64,000 nt of DNA from Eledone cirrhosa (GCA_964016885.1 OZ024742.1:139810001-139874000); one strand, 5' to 3'; shown: positions 39,530 to 54,120, numbered from the stretch's first letter. A program made the numbers and translations. The notes: generated by a model not told the origin, from the sequence alone.

Positions 39530-41776
39530 CAGGGGGCGGTGGAAGCATTTATGAATTGAGGAGGGCCTAATTTGGTCAATTTAGTTGTAGTGATTAGTTT
39601 AGCTTGTAGCAGTTACCTCCCTTGTTGTGACTCACAACCCCAATAGATTAACAACATCTAGACGGGAAGTAGAACCCTTTCTGTAACTTCCGGGCAGAGC
39701 CCTATAAAACGAATAGCTTTCGGCTCTCTCCCTCTCATTTGCCCTTCCGGCGCCTGGCCTTCGCCAGGCGTCTTCTGTCAGCCTGCGTTTGCCTGGCAAT
39801 CAAAACGGTAACTACTAACTTTGCTTCATTCTTTCGTTTATTCATTGACATGTCAACTATACTGTTAAATTGTTGATTAAATATTATACGCACAAACCAT
39901 GTCTCCTTGTTACATTCATACACGCTAGTAATTCTCGCAATATTGGTAACCCTGACGTGATACGAACACGCAGCCGTTCGTTGTTATAAGTGGTCACCCC
40001 ACCCCCACCCCCACCCCCACCCCCAAAATAGCAGAATCTGGTGTTGTGTGAGTAACATTACGAATACACAGCAAATTTATTGACAAACTATGAAAATACT
40101 CAGTCAAAGAAACGCACACACGCACATGTGAAATTCGCGTTCAGACAAACTTTTTCTCTCACGCATCAACTAACTGTCGCATTTCACGATATATATATAT
40201 GTTTCTCGTTTCTTACAACGAACACTTTCAAAAAAAAAAAAAAAAAAAAAAGAAATTTGATTTTTTTTTTTTTTTAAACATTTCAACAGGAACATTTATT
40301 TTCGATGAACCATTGCCTTTTTTTTTTTTTCATCGTTTCCTTCATCGTTCAAGTTTTATTTCAAAGTTCACACCAATAATTATGCTAAGTGAAGCCTTTC
40401 TTTTTCGTCATTGTCACTTTCACACTTGCACTATCATTTTCTCGCGCGTTAGAAATATTATTTTTTCAACCTAACTTAACCTTGTATTGACACGTGTAGG
40501 CAGCACAAATTCTCAACTCACGGAGATATCTCGACTCACAGAGATAGCCGCACGCCAGAGATAACGTTTCTCGCCAAGGATTCTTCAGCCTTAAGCTATA
40601 TTCTCCTATTTGCCGGTTTAAAAATTTACCACGTAAATTTGCCGTTGAAAACTGCGCATTTATTCAGAATGCTTATTTCTTTGGTCGCTGGACTCTTGAC
40701 CCTTCCAGGTCAACGCATTCTCAACATCGACCATCAACTTCGGCTGTTATTTCTAACACTTTGCGCAACTCATTTTTTTCTAAAAAAATTTTTTTACTGT
40801 GAATTTAAACACCGAATACGCTCATTCCGCGAGACAACAACATCAACAGCAACACAGCTTCACCAACAACCAAAACCAGCAGAACAAGCCAGAGAATTTA
40901 TTTTTGCAGCACTCTTCCTGTGAGAAAATCCATTCGGAGGTTGGAAATTTCACGATATACCACAGAACAGAAACCACCTGCATTCATTCTCTGGAACACA
41001 CTTTCTTTCCTGCTGTCATGTGATTGCACACCTGTGAACTATATTTTGTACATTTGAACTTTGAGCTCTTCTCTTACTTTATTACATTGTATCTTTGGGT
41101 GATGGATGGATAGATGTCCAGTCGTTCTCTGGCCAAGAGCAGTTGGCTACCTTGATATCTATCATTGATTTTTGCAAACATTCTTTTGTCGTAATTTTCA
41201 TGCCTGTTACAACATTCTCGCTAACTTGCTACATATTTCATTCGATTTTTATATTCTAAAATTCTGGCGGGAGGTTATGTAGCGGTTGCCTCCCTTGTTG
41301 TGACTCACAACCCCAATAGATTAACAACATCTAGACGGGAAGTAGAACCCTTTCTGTAACTTCCGGTCAGAACCCTATAAAACTAACAACTTTAAGTTCT
41401 CACTCTCTCATTTGCCCTTCCGGCGCCTGGCCTTCGCCAGACGTCTTCTGCCAGCCTGCGTTTGCCTGGCAATCAAAACGGTAACTACTAACTTTGCTTC
41501 ATTCTTTCGTTTATTCATTGACATGTCAACTATACTGTTAAATTGTTGATTAAATATTATACACACAAACCATGTCTCCTTGTTACATTCATACAACCCA
41601 GTTCTTCGCAATAAGCTCTTTGTATTCTAAAATGGTCAGAAAATGTCGATATCCGATAAACATAACATAATTTGTAGCGCATATCCAAAGGCATTTGTGT
41701 TTTGGTAGTTTGGAAGAAAAAATATAATTATGGGGGAGGGGGCATGGCTCCTGTCCCTCCAGTTTCACCGTCCCTG
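39530..41776. mobile_element. Short TIR element (MITE, ~240 bp) split by an LTR insertion
   Basis: CAGGGGGCGGTGGAA versus reverse complement CAGGGACGGTGAAA; TA on both flanks. Confidence 0.5.
39605..41613 (+). mobile_element. Non-autonomous LTR retrotransposon (Gypsy-like; TRIM/LARD-type)
   Basis: LTRs at 39605-39942 and 41278-41613 (TGT...AATA), 4-bp TSD AGCT. PBS TGGTAACCCTGACGTGATACGAACACGC is complementary to the tRNA-Trp 3' end. PPT GGCGGGAGG. No gag/pol ORF. Confidence 0.9.
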
Positions 41777-41856
41777 TATATATATATATAATTTTTTGTT
41801 TAATTATGCACTGTACATTTTCCTAATGGGTTAATATATCGAGCTTCTTCGTATTT

Positions 41857-41921
<65 letters not shown>

Positions 41922-41923
<2 letters not shown>

Positions 41924-42404
41924 AAGGCGGGTAAAATTCCCGAGATCCATGGACGAGTTCTCTCCAGCGGTCTCTGTCCCTCATTATCGCTGCCATGTCC
42001 TGCGTCTCCAACAGACCAGTGTCAGACCTTAGGGTATCAACATACGTCAACCTTGGTCTTCCTCTTCCAGTGTGTCCATGTAGGGGCTCCCAAAGGAGCA
42101 CTGAGTACAATGTCAACTCTGGATGTCGGTGAGCATGTCCAGCTAACCTCAGTCTCCTCTGTGTCACTTTTGAGCTGACTTTTGGGAGGCTCCCATACAG
42201 CTCTGAGTTTTTCATCCTCAGTGTATACTGATTAATGTTCAGAGCTATCCTCAGCATTTTCGTGTAGCACCTATCCACCATCTGAGTGAGTTTCTTGGTC
42301 AGTGTCCAAGTCTCAGACCCATACAGCAGCACAGACTCCACTACAGCAATGAAGAGGCAGATTTTCAAGTCTCTACGAAGGTCCGACTTCCACACCGATC
42401 TCAA
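41922..42404 (-). mobile_element. RTE-group LINE 3' coding fragment in (AT)n
   Basis: VESVLLYGSETWTLT...RRLRLAGHAHRH...GRGRPRLTYVDTL. Confidence 0.85.
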
Positions 42405-42583
42405 GCTAATATATATATATTAGAATTGGTGCTCTGAAATAGCGATATATATATGAATGTATATATACTGTATTTTGCAATACACTGTATGCTTAATTAA
42501 AAGCATTTCGAAGACCTTACGCTATTGTTTTAGAGTAGTGACAGTCTCACTTACTTTAAATTTTCAGTAAACAGGGGAGATAA

Positions 42584-42628
42584 AGCTGACAGAGCTCTGT
42601 TTCGTACTTATTGGTACTTATCAAAGCC
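42584..42628 (-). ncRNA. Type I hammerhead motif with U3-A8 core, inside a 312-bp direct-repeat unit (42420-42770)
   Basis: GGCT-TTGATAA-GTAC/GTAC-GAAA-stem III ACAGAGCTCTGT (12-nt palindrome)-GUC-AGCT. Confidence 0.75.
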
Positions 42629-43599
42629 AAGTACTCCACCTTTTTGCTGAAAATCATGAATGTTTGATTCTTATAGTAATAATCAGGAACTGATTATACA
42701 GAGCGGTTGCCGGTCAAGCAGAAATTGAAAATTAGAATTGGTTCTCTGAAATAGCGATATATATATGAATGCTTCAGTCGACTCCAAGGAAGTGGTTAAA
42801 GAAGGTTATCTGCCGGGAGGCCCTATAATCAATATCTGGAAAAATGAAAGTGCCCATGACGATCCGGAGTACATAAGTAACCTATGTCTTAAGTTTGGTG
42901 AAAATACTGTAAAAATGCATGAGGTTTATACATACCCGCGCGCGCGTGGTGTGTGGGGCGGGGGGTGGGGTATGTATTTGCGTGTGCGTCTGTATGTGTA
43001 TGTCCGTCGGGGCATACGTATGTACTGGCCTAAATCTTCACTATTTACTTTTACTATTATAATAACCTCTGTCATTTTCGTTTTCAATTTTATTTACATC
43101 ATTCTTAAACTCCAGGACTGGAAATCATTTTGTTATTTTAAATAGAATATTAGTCTAACGACTCCATTTATACCATAAACTTGGTCTTTGCATGAAATTG
43201 TTCTTTACGCTCCACATAACGCGTATTATCCTCGCTTTGTTTTCGTCCATTGCCAGGGAACGTTTTCACGAACCAAAATATCGTCTTCCTGTTTTCGTTC
43301 GGTTGCAACGTTTCTCAAAATATTTACTTCTGCGTTCACAGATTACTCTCAGTTCAATTTAAATGGGAAATTCTTGTTTCATCGGTTTTCTCCGTAACCA
43401 TAAAAGCTTGTAGCTTGAAAGTCGACCCAACGCCTCCTCGGGTCATTCTGCATAACTGTGTAAATTTTCGCTGTATTCCACCAAGCCGTTTCGACGTTTA
43501 TCCGACTACACCTACATATACAACGTCCGACCACTTCCAATTTATATAGTAGATATATATATATATATATATCTGACACACACACACACACATACACTT

Positions 43600-43912
43600 C
43601 TAAGTTATGTTGAAAGGGGCACTCTTCACTGGGGAGGGTCATTGTGTACCTAACGGTCACTCTGTCTCGTCTTCTAGTAAAAATGAAATCAATTTGGCTG
43701 GCATGGACACCTGATCTATATGTTATTAGGTGGGTGTCTCGTTTTCTGAAATTCCTGTCACAGATAAATAGGTCATTTGCGTCGCAGAATTTCAGTAGTC
43801 TGAAGCCTTCCTCGTTTCTAGTGCCGCACCCGTGAGCCCCGTGGATCCCATCAGAGCCATCGCAAAGTTATCCCACATGTCCGTTGAAGTCACCTGCAAT
43901 GAGTAGGAAGTC
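43600..43912 (-). mobile_element. RTE apurinic endonuclease fragment
   Basis: LIAGDFNGHVG...GTRNEEGFRLLKFCDANDLFIC...FRKRDTHLITYRSG..SQIDF. Confidence 0.85.
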
Positions 43913-44102
43913 ATATATAAGATGTGTTACAATTCAAATTATTATCGAAAAAAACAAACGCTAACGTTTATTTTAATAATTGTTTCTACTTTTGGCACAA
44001 GGCCAGCAATTATCCCAGTGCATTACTGGCACTTTATTTTATCAACCCCGTAAGGATGAAAGGCAAAGTTAACCTCGGCGGGATTTAGAGAGAGAGAGAG
44101 AG

Positions 44103-44214
<112 letters not shown>

Positions 44215-44229
44215 TGATGACACACACAT

Positions 44230-45515
<1,286 letters not shown>

Positions 45516-45734
45516 TTCAGAGTTAAGAATAAAGTAAATAAAATACAGAGGTAATAGAAATTAAATAAATACATACACGCATCCATATACGTACATACAC
45601 AAGCATACGCGAAAACACTCGCCATAGGTGTACAAATACACGCACGTACACACAAAAAACAAAAACCTCACGCACATACAGAACCCACTCAACGCCTGTA
45701 CCCGCACGCATACGAATGAATACCCCAAATACAC

Positions 45735-45769
<35 letters not shown>

Positions 45770-45977
45770 TGTGTGTGTGTGTGTGCGTGTATACATATAA
45801 TTAAATAAACGTATATAAATAAATAAATACGTATATAACAAGCACACACACATACCTACATGTATGTTCGGAGACGTACGTCAACCAAAACACAAAGTAC
45901 ACATACACACACACACACTCTACATACATACGAACCCACATACATACACAGACGCAAAACTCCAGTATACACATAAC

Positions 45978-46079
<102 letters not shown>

Positions 46080-46233
46080 TGTTATACTTTGGGAGGGTCA
46101 TGTTGCCAATAAGAAACACACGCACCAGTTGCTTTCACTTCAATTTATTATATATTTATAAATTTACAAATTTATAAATCTATAAATTTCTGGTTGGTTG
46201 GTTGGTTCCACAACCAGATAGTTGTTTATATAT

Positions 46234-46278
46234 AGTCATAGTCCTTTCTTCACACACTCTGTGACCTCTTCAGTGACT
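46234..46278 (-). ncRNA. Minimal hammerhead motif (one stem II mutation)
   Basis: Mirror of 47957-48001 with GTGAA in place of GTGAC. Confidence 0.6.
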
Positions 46279-46489
46279 GGGGATTCCTTTCTTTGTTTCT
46301 GTGCCTCTCCTTTCTCTGTCCTACGCCATTTTGTTTCTGTGTGTGTGTTGTGTGCTCAGTTTGCGCATGCGCCACATCCGGGTGTCTGTGTGTGTTTATG
46401 TTCATTTATCTATTTGTTTATTTATTTATTTATTTACATGTTATTGGTTGGTTGTTTGTTCTATGTGTGTGTGTGTTTTCATTTTGTCC

Positions 46490-47420
46490 TTAATTGTAAG
46501 TTGTGATGTTGCTGTTCCACTCATATTTTCTATTTAATTTTGGTTGTAATTCTTTTATGTTTATTGCCTCTGTAATTTGTCTAAACATTGCATCTTTTCT
46601 GTGTGTAGATTCTATTTTTATTTCTATGTTCTCTAATTTACCCTTGTGTTCTATCTTAGCATGTTGGTAGAGTACAGATGATTCTTTATTATCTTGAAGG
46701 TCTCGCTCGTGTTCATTTATCCGTTCCCCTATACTACGAGCTGTCTCACCTATGTACACTATATTTTTGTTTCTACATTGTCCTTCAGTACATCTTATGC
46801 TATACACTACATTTCTAGTTTTACAGTTAATATGGGGGCTTATTTTACAGGTTATACATTTCTTATCTATACATGAGGTTCTTTGAAAAGAGTATGTCTT
46901 GCTAATAAGTGTTTTTACGGAGGTACCTGGTCTTTCTACTATCTTAATATTGAGTTTATGTTTATTTAGGGCCCTTCTAAATTTGTAGGCTAGTTCGCCT
47001 CTAGGGGTTGTATCGATGAACATTACACTCTGGTATTTATTGCTATCATACCATGAGTTTATTCTATTAGCCTTGTTCCTAGTTCTTTCTATTCTATTCC
47101 AAAATTTGCTCCTATACAAGGGGCAGGTCCCATTTATGTCATTATTTACCATTTTTTCCCATTTCGTTCTGGCTCCTCTATACACTCTGATTCTATCTCT
47201 CTGATTGTAGCCAGAGAACTGCATACGGTGGATGAAGTGTTGTATGTGTCTCTCTAGTTCTTCGGGGTTGCACATGCGGGACACATTTCTCATCACCCGT
47301 ACCAAATCCGCAATCAGTATGTTGATTTTGGTATGGTCCGAAATGGCCGAGTTTCGGTGGATCAGATGTTTGGAAGTCATGGGTTTGGCATAATGGGAAT
47401 GGAGGATTTGTTTTTGGTTG
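46490..47420 (-). pseudogene. PLE ORF C-terminal part (RT thumb, linker and GIY-YIG endonuclease), uninterrupted but 5' truncated
   Basis: HRNSAISDHTKINIL...MQFSGY; Cys cluster; VVYSIRC...YIGETARSIGERINEH...HAKIEH...RQITEAINI...LN. The first ~46 aa of the listed 356-aa ORF come from the antisense of the inverted arm. Confidence 0.9.
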
Positions 47421-47956
47421 TAGAAATGTAGTGTATAGCATAAGATGTACTGAAGGACAATGTAGAAACAAAAATATAGTGTACATAGGTGAGACAGCTC
47501 GTAGTATAGGGGAACGGATAAATGAACACTGGCGAGACCTTCAAGATAATAAAGAATCATCTGTACTCTACCAACATGCTAAGATAGAACACAAGGGTAA
47601 ATTAGAGAACATAGAAATAAAAATAGAATCTACACACAGAAAAATGCAATGTTTAGACAAATTACAGAGGCAATAAACATAAAAGAATTACAACCAAAAT
47701 TAAATAGAAAATGAGTGGAACAGCAACATCACAACTTACAATTAAGGACAAAATGAAAACACACACACACATAGAACAAACAACCAACCAATAACATGTA
47801 AATAAATAAATAAATAAACAAATAGATAAATGAACATAAACACACACAGACACCCGGATGTGGCGCATGCGCAAACTGAGCACACAACACACACACAGAA
47901 ACAAAATGGCGTAGGACAGAGAAAGGAGAGGCACAGAAACAAAGAAAGGAATCCCC

Positions 47957-48001
47957 AGTCACTGAAGAGGTCACAGAGTGTGTGACGAAAGGACTATGAC
48001 T
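47957..48001 (+). ncRNA. Minimal type I hammerhead motif in PLE pseudo-LTR
   Basis: AGTCA-CTGAAGA-G-GTCAC/GTGAC-GAAA-GGAC-TA-TGACT. Confidence 0.75.
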
Positions 48002-48199
48002 ATATATAAACAACTATCTGGTTGTGGAACCAACCAACCAGCCAGAAATTTATAAATTTATAAATATATAATAAATTGAAGTGAAAGCAACTGGTGCGTG
48101 TGTTTCTTATTGGCAACATGACCCTCCCAAAGTATAACAATATCGGTTTCAACACACGATTTCAGATAAAGAATCTTGCTAAACAAATTCAGAAACGAA

Positions 48200-48231
<32 letters not shown>

Positions 48232-48373
48232 ATAGCTTTCACCGTATTTTTGACTAAAGGAATTTTTAGCTTGATAACGGGGTTTAGAACCCTCAGATAA
48301 ATGGAAAAAGATGAGTATTGACGTACATATTTTCTAATTTCAAACTCGCTCACTGTTTCAAAACATACTTACT

Positions 48374-48483
<110 letters not shown>

Positions 48484-48660
48484 GATATAGATATCCCAGT
48501 AGGTACTAGGTACCCCCGGAAATATATATGGTGTCTATAATAGTGGTTGTTCTATGGTACTAATTTGAGATACCAGAACTGTAAATATGAACGGAACAAG
48601 TAAACATTAAACAATCTTTCAAATAAATTAAAATACGATTTAAATATTTACCTCTTCTAG

Positions 48661-48745
48661 TGCCATATCTGAAGAGCTATATCTTTCCATTGGAAATTCT
48701 CTGAATTTCCAATCTTTTGATAAGCGAAACCGTCGGTCATGGCAC
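48661..48745 (+). ncRNA. Type I hammerhead motif (copy 1)
   Basis: CTGAAGA at 48669; stem II GCT.TATC/GATA.AGC plus ATTGGAAATTC/GAATTTCCAAT; GAAA; stem III ACCG-T-CGGT; GUC at 48736-48738. Confidence 0.8.
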
Positions 48746-49129
48746 TAGAAGAGGTAAATATTTAAATCGCATTTTAATTTATTTGAAAGATTGTTTAATG
48801 TTTACTTGTTCCGCTCATATTTACAGTTCTGGTATCTCAAATTAGTACCATAGAACAACCACTATTATAGACACCATATATATTTCCGTGGGTACCTAGT
48901 ACCTACTGGGATATCTATATTATTTATCTAATTCTCCTTAATGTAGAGAAAAAAATATGCTGTATCATGCTGCTATTTCTAGCAGCATGAAATATCAGCG
49001 AGTCTATAATTCCCGCTTTTTCTAACGGTCCAATAAGTGTGTGGGTCATTTTAACGGCTTGATTCATTCACCGGGCAGAGGGTGATATATCTACATTTAT
49101 ACGGACTTATGTCTAGTAGATTTGGAAAA

Positions 49130-49209
49130 GCTATCTGAAGAGCTATATCTTTCCATTAGAAATTCTCTGAATTTCTAATCTTTTGATAAGCGAAACCGTT
49201 GGTCATGGC
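49130..49209 (+). ncRNA. Type I hammerhead motif (copy 2)
   Basis: Stem I GCTAT/ATGGC; CTGAAGA at 49135; stem II ATTAGAAATTC/GAATTTCTAAT (compensatory relative to copy 1); GUC at 49202-49204. Confidence 0.85.
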
Positions 49210-49279
49210 ACTAGAAGAGGTAAATATTTAAATCGTATTTTAATTTATTTGAAAGATTGTTTAATGTTTACTTGTTCCG

Positions 49280-49329
<50 letters not shown>

Positions 49330-49443
49330 AAAGTTCTATTTCAATTGTTGGGATACAACAAGCAAATATTTTTATAACTGATATAAAGCACTCAACAAAT
49401 ATACGATATTAACAAATGGAAACTATATTTATAAAACCATATT

Positions 49444-49508
49444 TATTTTATTATACATATTTCAAGGACACCAAGTTAAATTATGGTGTGCTTTCATCAG
49501 ATAAAATA
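49444..49508 (-). ncRNA. Type I hammerhead motif (family of 17231 and 21991)
   Basis: TATTTTAT-CTGATGA-stem II ACACCA/TGGTGT-GAAA-TATGTA-TA-ATAAAATA. Confidence 0.8.
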
Positions 49509-49761
49509 TAATATAGATCAGTTTTATAAATAAATATTGACATACCCTTATCTCTCTGTTGTTCTGGTCTTTCTCTCTCTCTGCTTCTTTATCTTTCTCT
49601 TTCTCCATAACCCAACGGCTTATTTTAAAAATAAAAATATCCAATACTAATAATATAATTAAAGCTACAACTCCACTATCCGGGAGCTTCCAACAGCAAT
49701 GGTTGCATTCTTTAAGGGTATGTCAATATTTATTTATACTTCAATTCATACCTAATACAAT

Positions 49762-50120
49762 GTCATCATCATCGATTAACGTCTATCTTCCACGCTAACA
49801 TGGGTTAGACGGGTTTGTCCGATTTAGAGGCAAGTTGGGTCAGATGACCGTGTCTCGTTCATATAGAAGTATTTCTGTCTGAATTTCTACAGCTGGATGC
49901 CCTTCCTAACGCCAACCACATTGACAGTGTTTACTGGGTGCTTTTTGCTGTGCCTTTTAAATGTCCAAATTACAGTGTGGGTGGGTGCTTTGGGGGCATG
50001 TTTTCTATGGCTGGATGCCCTTCCTAAAGCTAACCACATTGACAGTGTGCGCTTGGTGCTTTTTGTCGTGACACCTACACGATCACTTAACAGTGTGGGG
50101 TGGATGCTTTTTGGTACCAG
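49762..50120 (-). mobile_element. RTE-type 3' tail fragment
   Basis: (CAT)n tail and two GCTGGATGCCCTTCCTAA units. Confidence 0.7.
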
Positions 50121-50126
50121 CATAAT

Positions 50127-50158
<32 letters not shown>

Positions 50159-50216
50159 TATTTTATAGAAGGAGCTTCTACAGGACTAGTACTGTTTCAT
50201 TCAGATGAAATCTTCA

Positions 50217-50271
50217 GGAGCTTCCTGAAGATTTCATCTGAATGAAACAGTACTAGTCCTGTAGAAGCTCC
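50217..50271 (+). ncRNA. Type I hammerhead motif in a palindromic (AT)n-flanked insert (50153-50358)
   Basis: Stem I GGAGCTTC/GAAGCTCC, CTGAAGA, TTCA/TGAA, GAAA, stem III ACAG/CTGT with ACTAGT in the loop, GUA site. IR at 50153-50219 and 50223-50289. Confidence 0.85.
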
Positions 50272-50355
50272 TTCTATAAAATAAAAAAATTTTACTCTGC
50301 CATGTATTGAGTACCTTACTTACTGTGGTTATCCCCGACTCAACCCGGGACCTAC

Positions 50356-50431
<76 letters not shown>

Positions 50432-50619
50432 ATACATGCACATATAACGATATACATATATATATTTGCGTGCATATACATATACCATATATATGCAATA
50501 TACATACACATATCATACATATACATACACACTTCATATATATATACATACATAAATATATCATCAACCTCGTCGATTAGCGTATATGCATATTTACATG
50601 AATAAAATATATAAATATG

Positions 50620-50980
50620 TCTTCTTCACCCACTTATTCCTGAGAGGGTTGTGGGGGCAGAGTCCTCAAACAGTTCTTCCAGCGGGTCCTGTCAGAAGCA
50701 ACTGTTTCCAACAGATCCGGATGGATCCCCAAGTGAGTCCAACTGAGCTCATGGATGTTATCCATTCATCTTGCTCAGGGTCTACCCCTGGGTCTCCTGC
50801 CATTTGGTTTTGCTCATAAAATCTGTCCAGCAATTCTTTCCTGAAACATTCTAACCACATATCCATAGTACCAGAGCTGTGATCTCCCAATGCGGAGCAG
50901 TAGCGGCTCTACCTGGAGTGACTTTCTGATCTCCAAGCTATGCACTCTATCAAGTAATGTTACTCCAAAGACCCTTCAGC
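50620..50980 (-). mobile_element. RTE-group LINE 3' fragment
   Basis: EIRKSLQVEPLLLRIGRSQLWYYGYVVRM...GRRPRGRP; GAAGAAGA tail. Confidence 0.75.
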
Positions 50981-51744
50981 ATGGGTTGGATTCCCAAAGT
51001 GGATGTTATATTGTGTCAAGATACTACATTTCATGTTGGCCCAAGTCAGTTCAGTTGTAAAAACAAATAAAGAGTCTGAGCAAAAGTTGGGGCTTCCCAT
51101 TATGACAGACTCATGTCTTTTCCAGTGAGAAGTCTTATATTCTCAGTCACTTAACACCAATAAAACCAGGGCAAGCTCCAGCCTGTTGAGCCTCTGGGAT
51201 TGGTTCAAACTTTAACTTAACTATGAATGGTTAAGAAATTGACATCACAATTACAAGATTCAAAGTTTGGTCCCAGAGTATGGCATCTTGGGAAAATGCC
51301 AGTTACCATAACCTTGGCATCACTCCAGCCTTGTGTTGAAATTAGGGAGAAAGAAACTGTTTGAAAGGCTGTTAGACGAACTATACTTTTAATTCAAGCG
51401 ATTGTTTTCATTAATCTTTCCATTGCTGATAATATTTGTCTGTTGCAACTTCTGGCAGAAGTATCATTACTATTTAAGTAACAGGAGGCCATATTTAAAC
51501 TCTGAACATACAGAACTAATACATGTACCACAAATTATCCTATCTGATTCTTTAACAATTCCACCAATCCATCACCTCTGAATTGGTATTTTAATTATCA
51601 ACACTGAAAGGATGAAATGCAAAGTTGACCTCTGCAGGATTTCAATTGAGAGCGCAAAGAGCCAGAACAAATATCAAATCCAATGCTTTAATGATTTGCA
51701 GCCAATTTACTGCCAAATAACCAGAAATAAAAGTAGGTTAAATT

Positions 51745-52260
51745 GCTAGGGTCTGGTTCGGTCGCACAGTCAAAAACTGGGACGAGGTGACAAGCTGGGT
51801 GGCTTCTCTCACCCAGAAATGGGCAGAGAGGAAGCTATCTCTGAAAGGTCGAGCGGCGGTGGCGAATGTGCACATCACGTCCGTCATCTACTACCGCCTG
51901 ACCATCGTGCCTTGTCCTAAGTTTCCCCTGACTGTGTTGGGGTGTTTGCTCTTTCGCTTTTTGTGGAAGGGACGTGCTCCGATAATCAGGCGGTCCATTT
52001 GCTGTCAACAACCGCTACATGGAGGGCTGGGCATGCCGTGCTGTTGATGCACTCAGGATACGGCATCTCCACCTCCTTCATTGACCGTGATCAGGTGTGG
52101 TCGCCGTTTGATAGACTCATTTTTCTCCAGCTCGTCTCGTTGACGAAGCTGCAGTCCTGGGTCAAGCGAAGACAGAGAGGGTGCGCTTGGAGATTAGAAT
52201 GTCTTCAGGCGCTCACAGCCCTCGACCAATTGGGCAATGTGATCGGTGGAAACTCCACTT
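51745..52260 (+). mobile_element. Tx1/L1-clade ORF2 fragment
   Basis: LGVWFG...W..RKLSLKGRA.VAN...FRFLWKG...GGLGMP. Confidence 0.8.
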
Positions 52261-52739
52261 TGTTCAAACTGGCTATAACCAGCTGCTCATACTGATGTTA
52301 ATGTATTGTTCTCAAAATAAGCAATATTAAAATCTCATAGATTCAATATTATGTGAGATAATTAGGTGAAATAAAGTGTTTACCATGAAAATACAATCGT
52401 ATATATAGAGTAATGGAAATGCTAAAGGGTTAAGGTATTTGTTTAAGCTCTTTACATTCTGAGTTCAAATCCCACTGAAGTTAACATTGCTTTTCGTCCT
52501 TCTGGCATCAATTTAATTAGTGTTCCCCTACCCCAAATTGCATGCCTCATGCCTAAATGAGAAACAAAGGGTAGTGGGTTGGCAGAGTCAGTCAAGCGTC
52601 TAACAAATGCTTTGTAGCATTTAGTTACAGCCGTTGTTGTTCTGAATTTAAATCACATTAACCCTTTACATAACTCTATATATACTATTATATTTTCACA
52701 GTTAATGCTTTACCTCACATAATTATTTCACATAATATT

Positions 52740-54120
52740 AACAGTGGAGTTCAAGACCAGCTGCCCATGGGAACTCCTATACGCAGATGATCTAACGCTC
52801 ATAGCTGAATCAATGGCCGAGCTAGAGAAGAAATTCCAAACATGGAAGCACGGCCTAGAATAAAAAGGCCTTAAAATTAACCTGGCTAAGACTAAAGTTC
52901 TAGTTTGTAGGAAAGAAAATAGGGCGCCGGTCCCTTCCGGGAAATGGCCATGCTCAGTGTGTAGGAAAGGTGTAGGTAGAAACTCCATTTTATGTCCCAA
53001 ATGCAAAGTATGGGTGCATAAAAGATGTAGTGGGATCACAGGTAAGCTAACTAAGAACATAGATTTTACATGTGGCCGGTGCTCTGGTGCAATAAGTAGC
53101 AGCAAGTGCCCACAAAATACTAGCTCTTTCAATTGCGCAGTGGGTTCTATAGAAATAGTGGACAGCTTCCGTTACCTGGGTGACAAAATCAGCAGTGGGG
53201 GAGGGTGCTCTGAAAGTACAGTAGCTAGAGTCAGAACTGGATGGAAAAAGTTCAGAGAGCTTATACCACTATTAACCGCTAAAGGGTTCTCCCTAAAAAT
53301 GAAAGGCAGGCTGTATGATGCCTGCATACGAACAGTAATGTTGCATGGCAGTGAGACCTGGGCATTGTATGCAGAGGATATACGCAGACTAGAGAGGAAT
53401 GAAGCTTGCATGCTCCGCTGGATGTGTAATAGTAATATACGCGAACGTCAAAGCATAAACGAACTAAGGGAAAAATTAGAAATAAGAGGGATCAGATGTT
53501 GTTTACTCAAGAGAAGGCTACGTTGGTATGGTCACGTGATGCGCATGAAAGACGACAGCTGTATAAAAAAGTGCAGGGCAATAAAGATAGACGGTAGCCA
53601 CGGAGTAGGCAGACCCAGAAAAACCTGGGACGACCGGATAAATTCCGACCTCACACACTTACACCTCTCCAAGACAATGTCACTGGACCGAGATCTTTGG
53701 CGGTACTCAGAAATAGAGAAGACCCGCCTTACCTGAATACAAAGTAAAAGCTACTACAGTCAGTAGGCATCTCTAACAAAACACACCCCTGTCCCACCAC
53801 CCCCACCCCATCCACACCGCCCCTTTCAATGTAAAGTTATGTTGGTGCCACAACATCCAGGCCGAAACAAACGAGATCGTGTAGGTGTCACGACAAAAAA
53901 ACACACAGTCCACGCTGTAATGTGGCCGTGTAGGCAACACGGTAAAAACCTCCCAGTCCCACACTGTAAATGTGGTTGGTGTTAGGAAGGGCATCCAGCT
54001 GTAGAAAACCCGCCAGACAGTCCTATGCAAGCAAGACAACCACTCTTGCCTCAAGTGGGAAAACTCCCGTCCAAACCCATGCAAGCGTGGAACATGGACG
54101 TTAAACGATGATGATGATGA
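52740..54120 (+). mobile_element. RTE-clade LINE 3' fragment with 3' UTR and (TGA)n tail
   Basis: PWELLYADDL (52765), stop at 52861, then ORF 52957-53736 (FRYLGD, MLHGSETWAL, RLRWYGHVMR, GRPRKTW); tail GATGATGATGATGA. Confidence 0.92.

Noticed and set aside
47421-47560. N-terminus of the 356-aa ORF
   Set aside because: It is antisense read-through of the inverted arm, not a real start.
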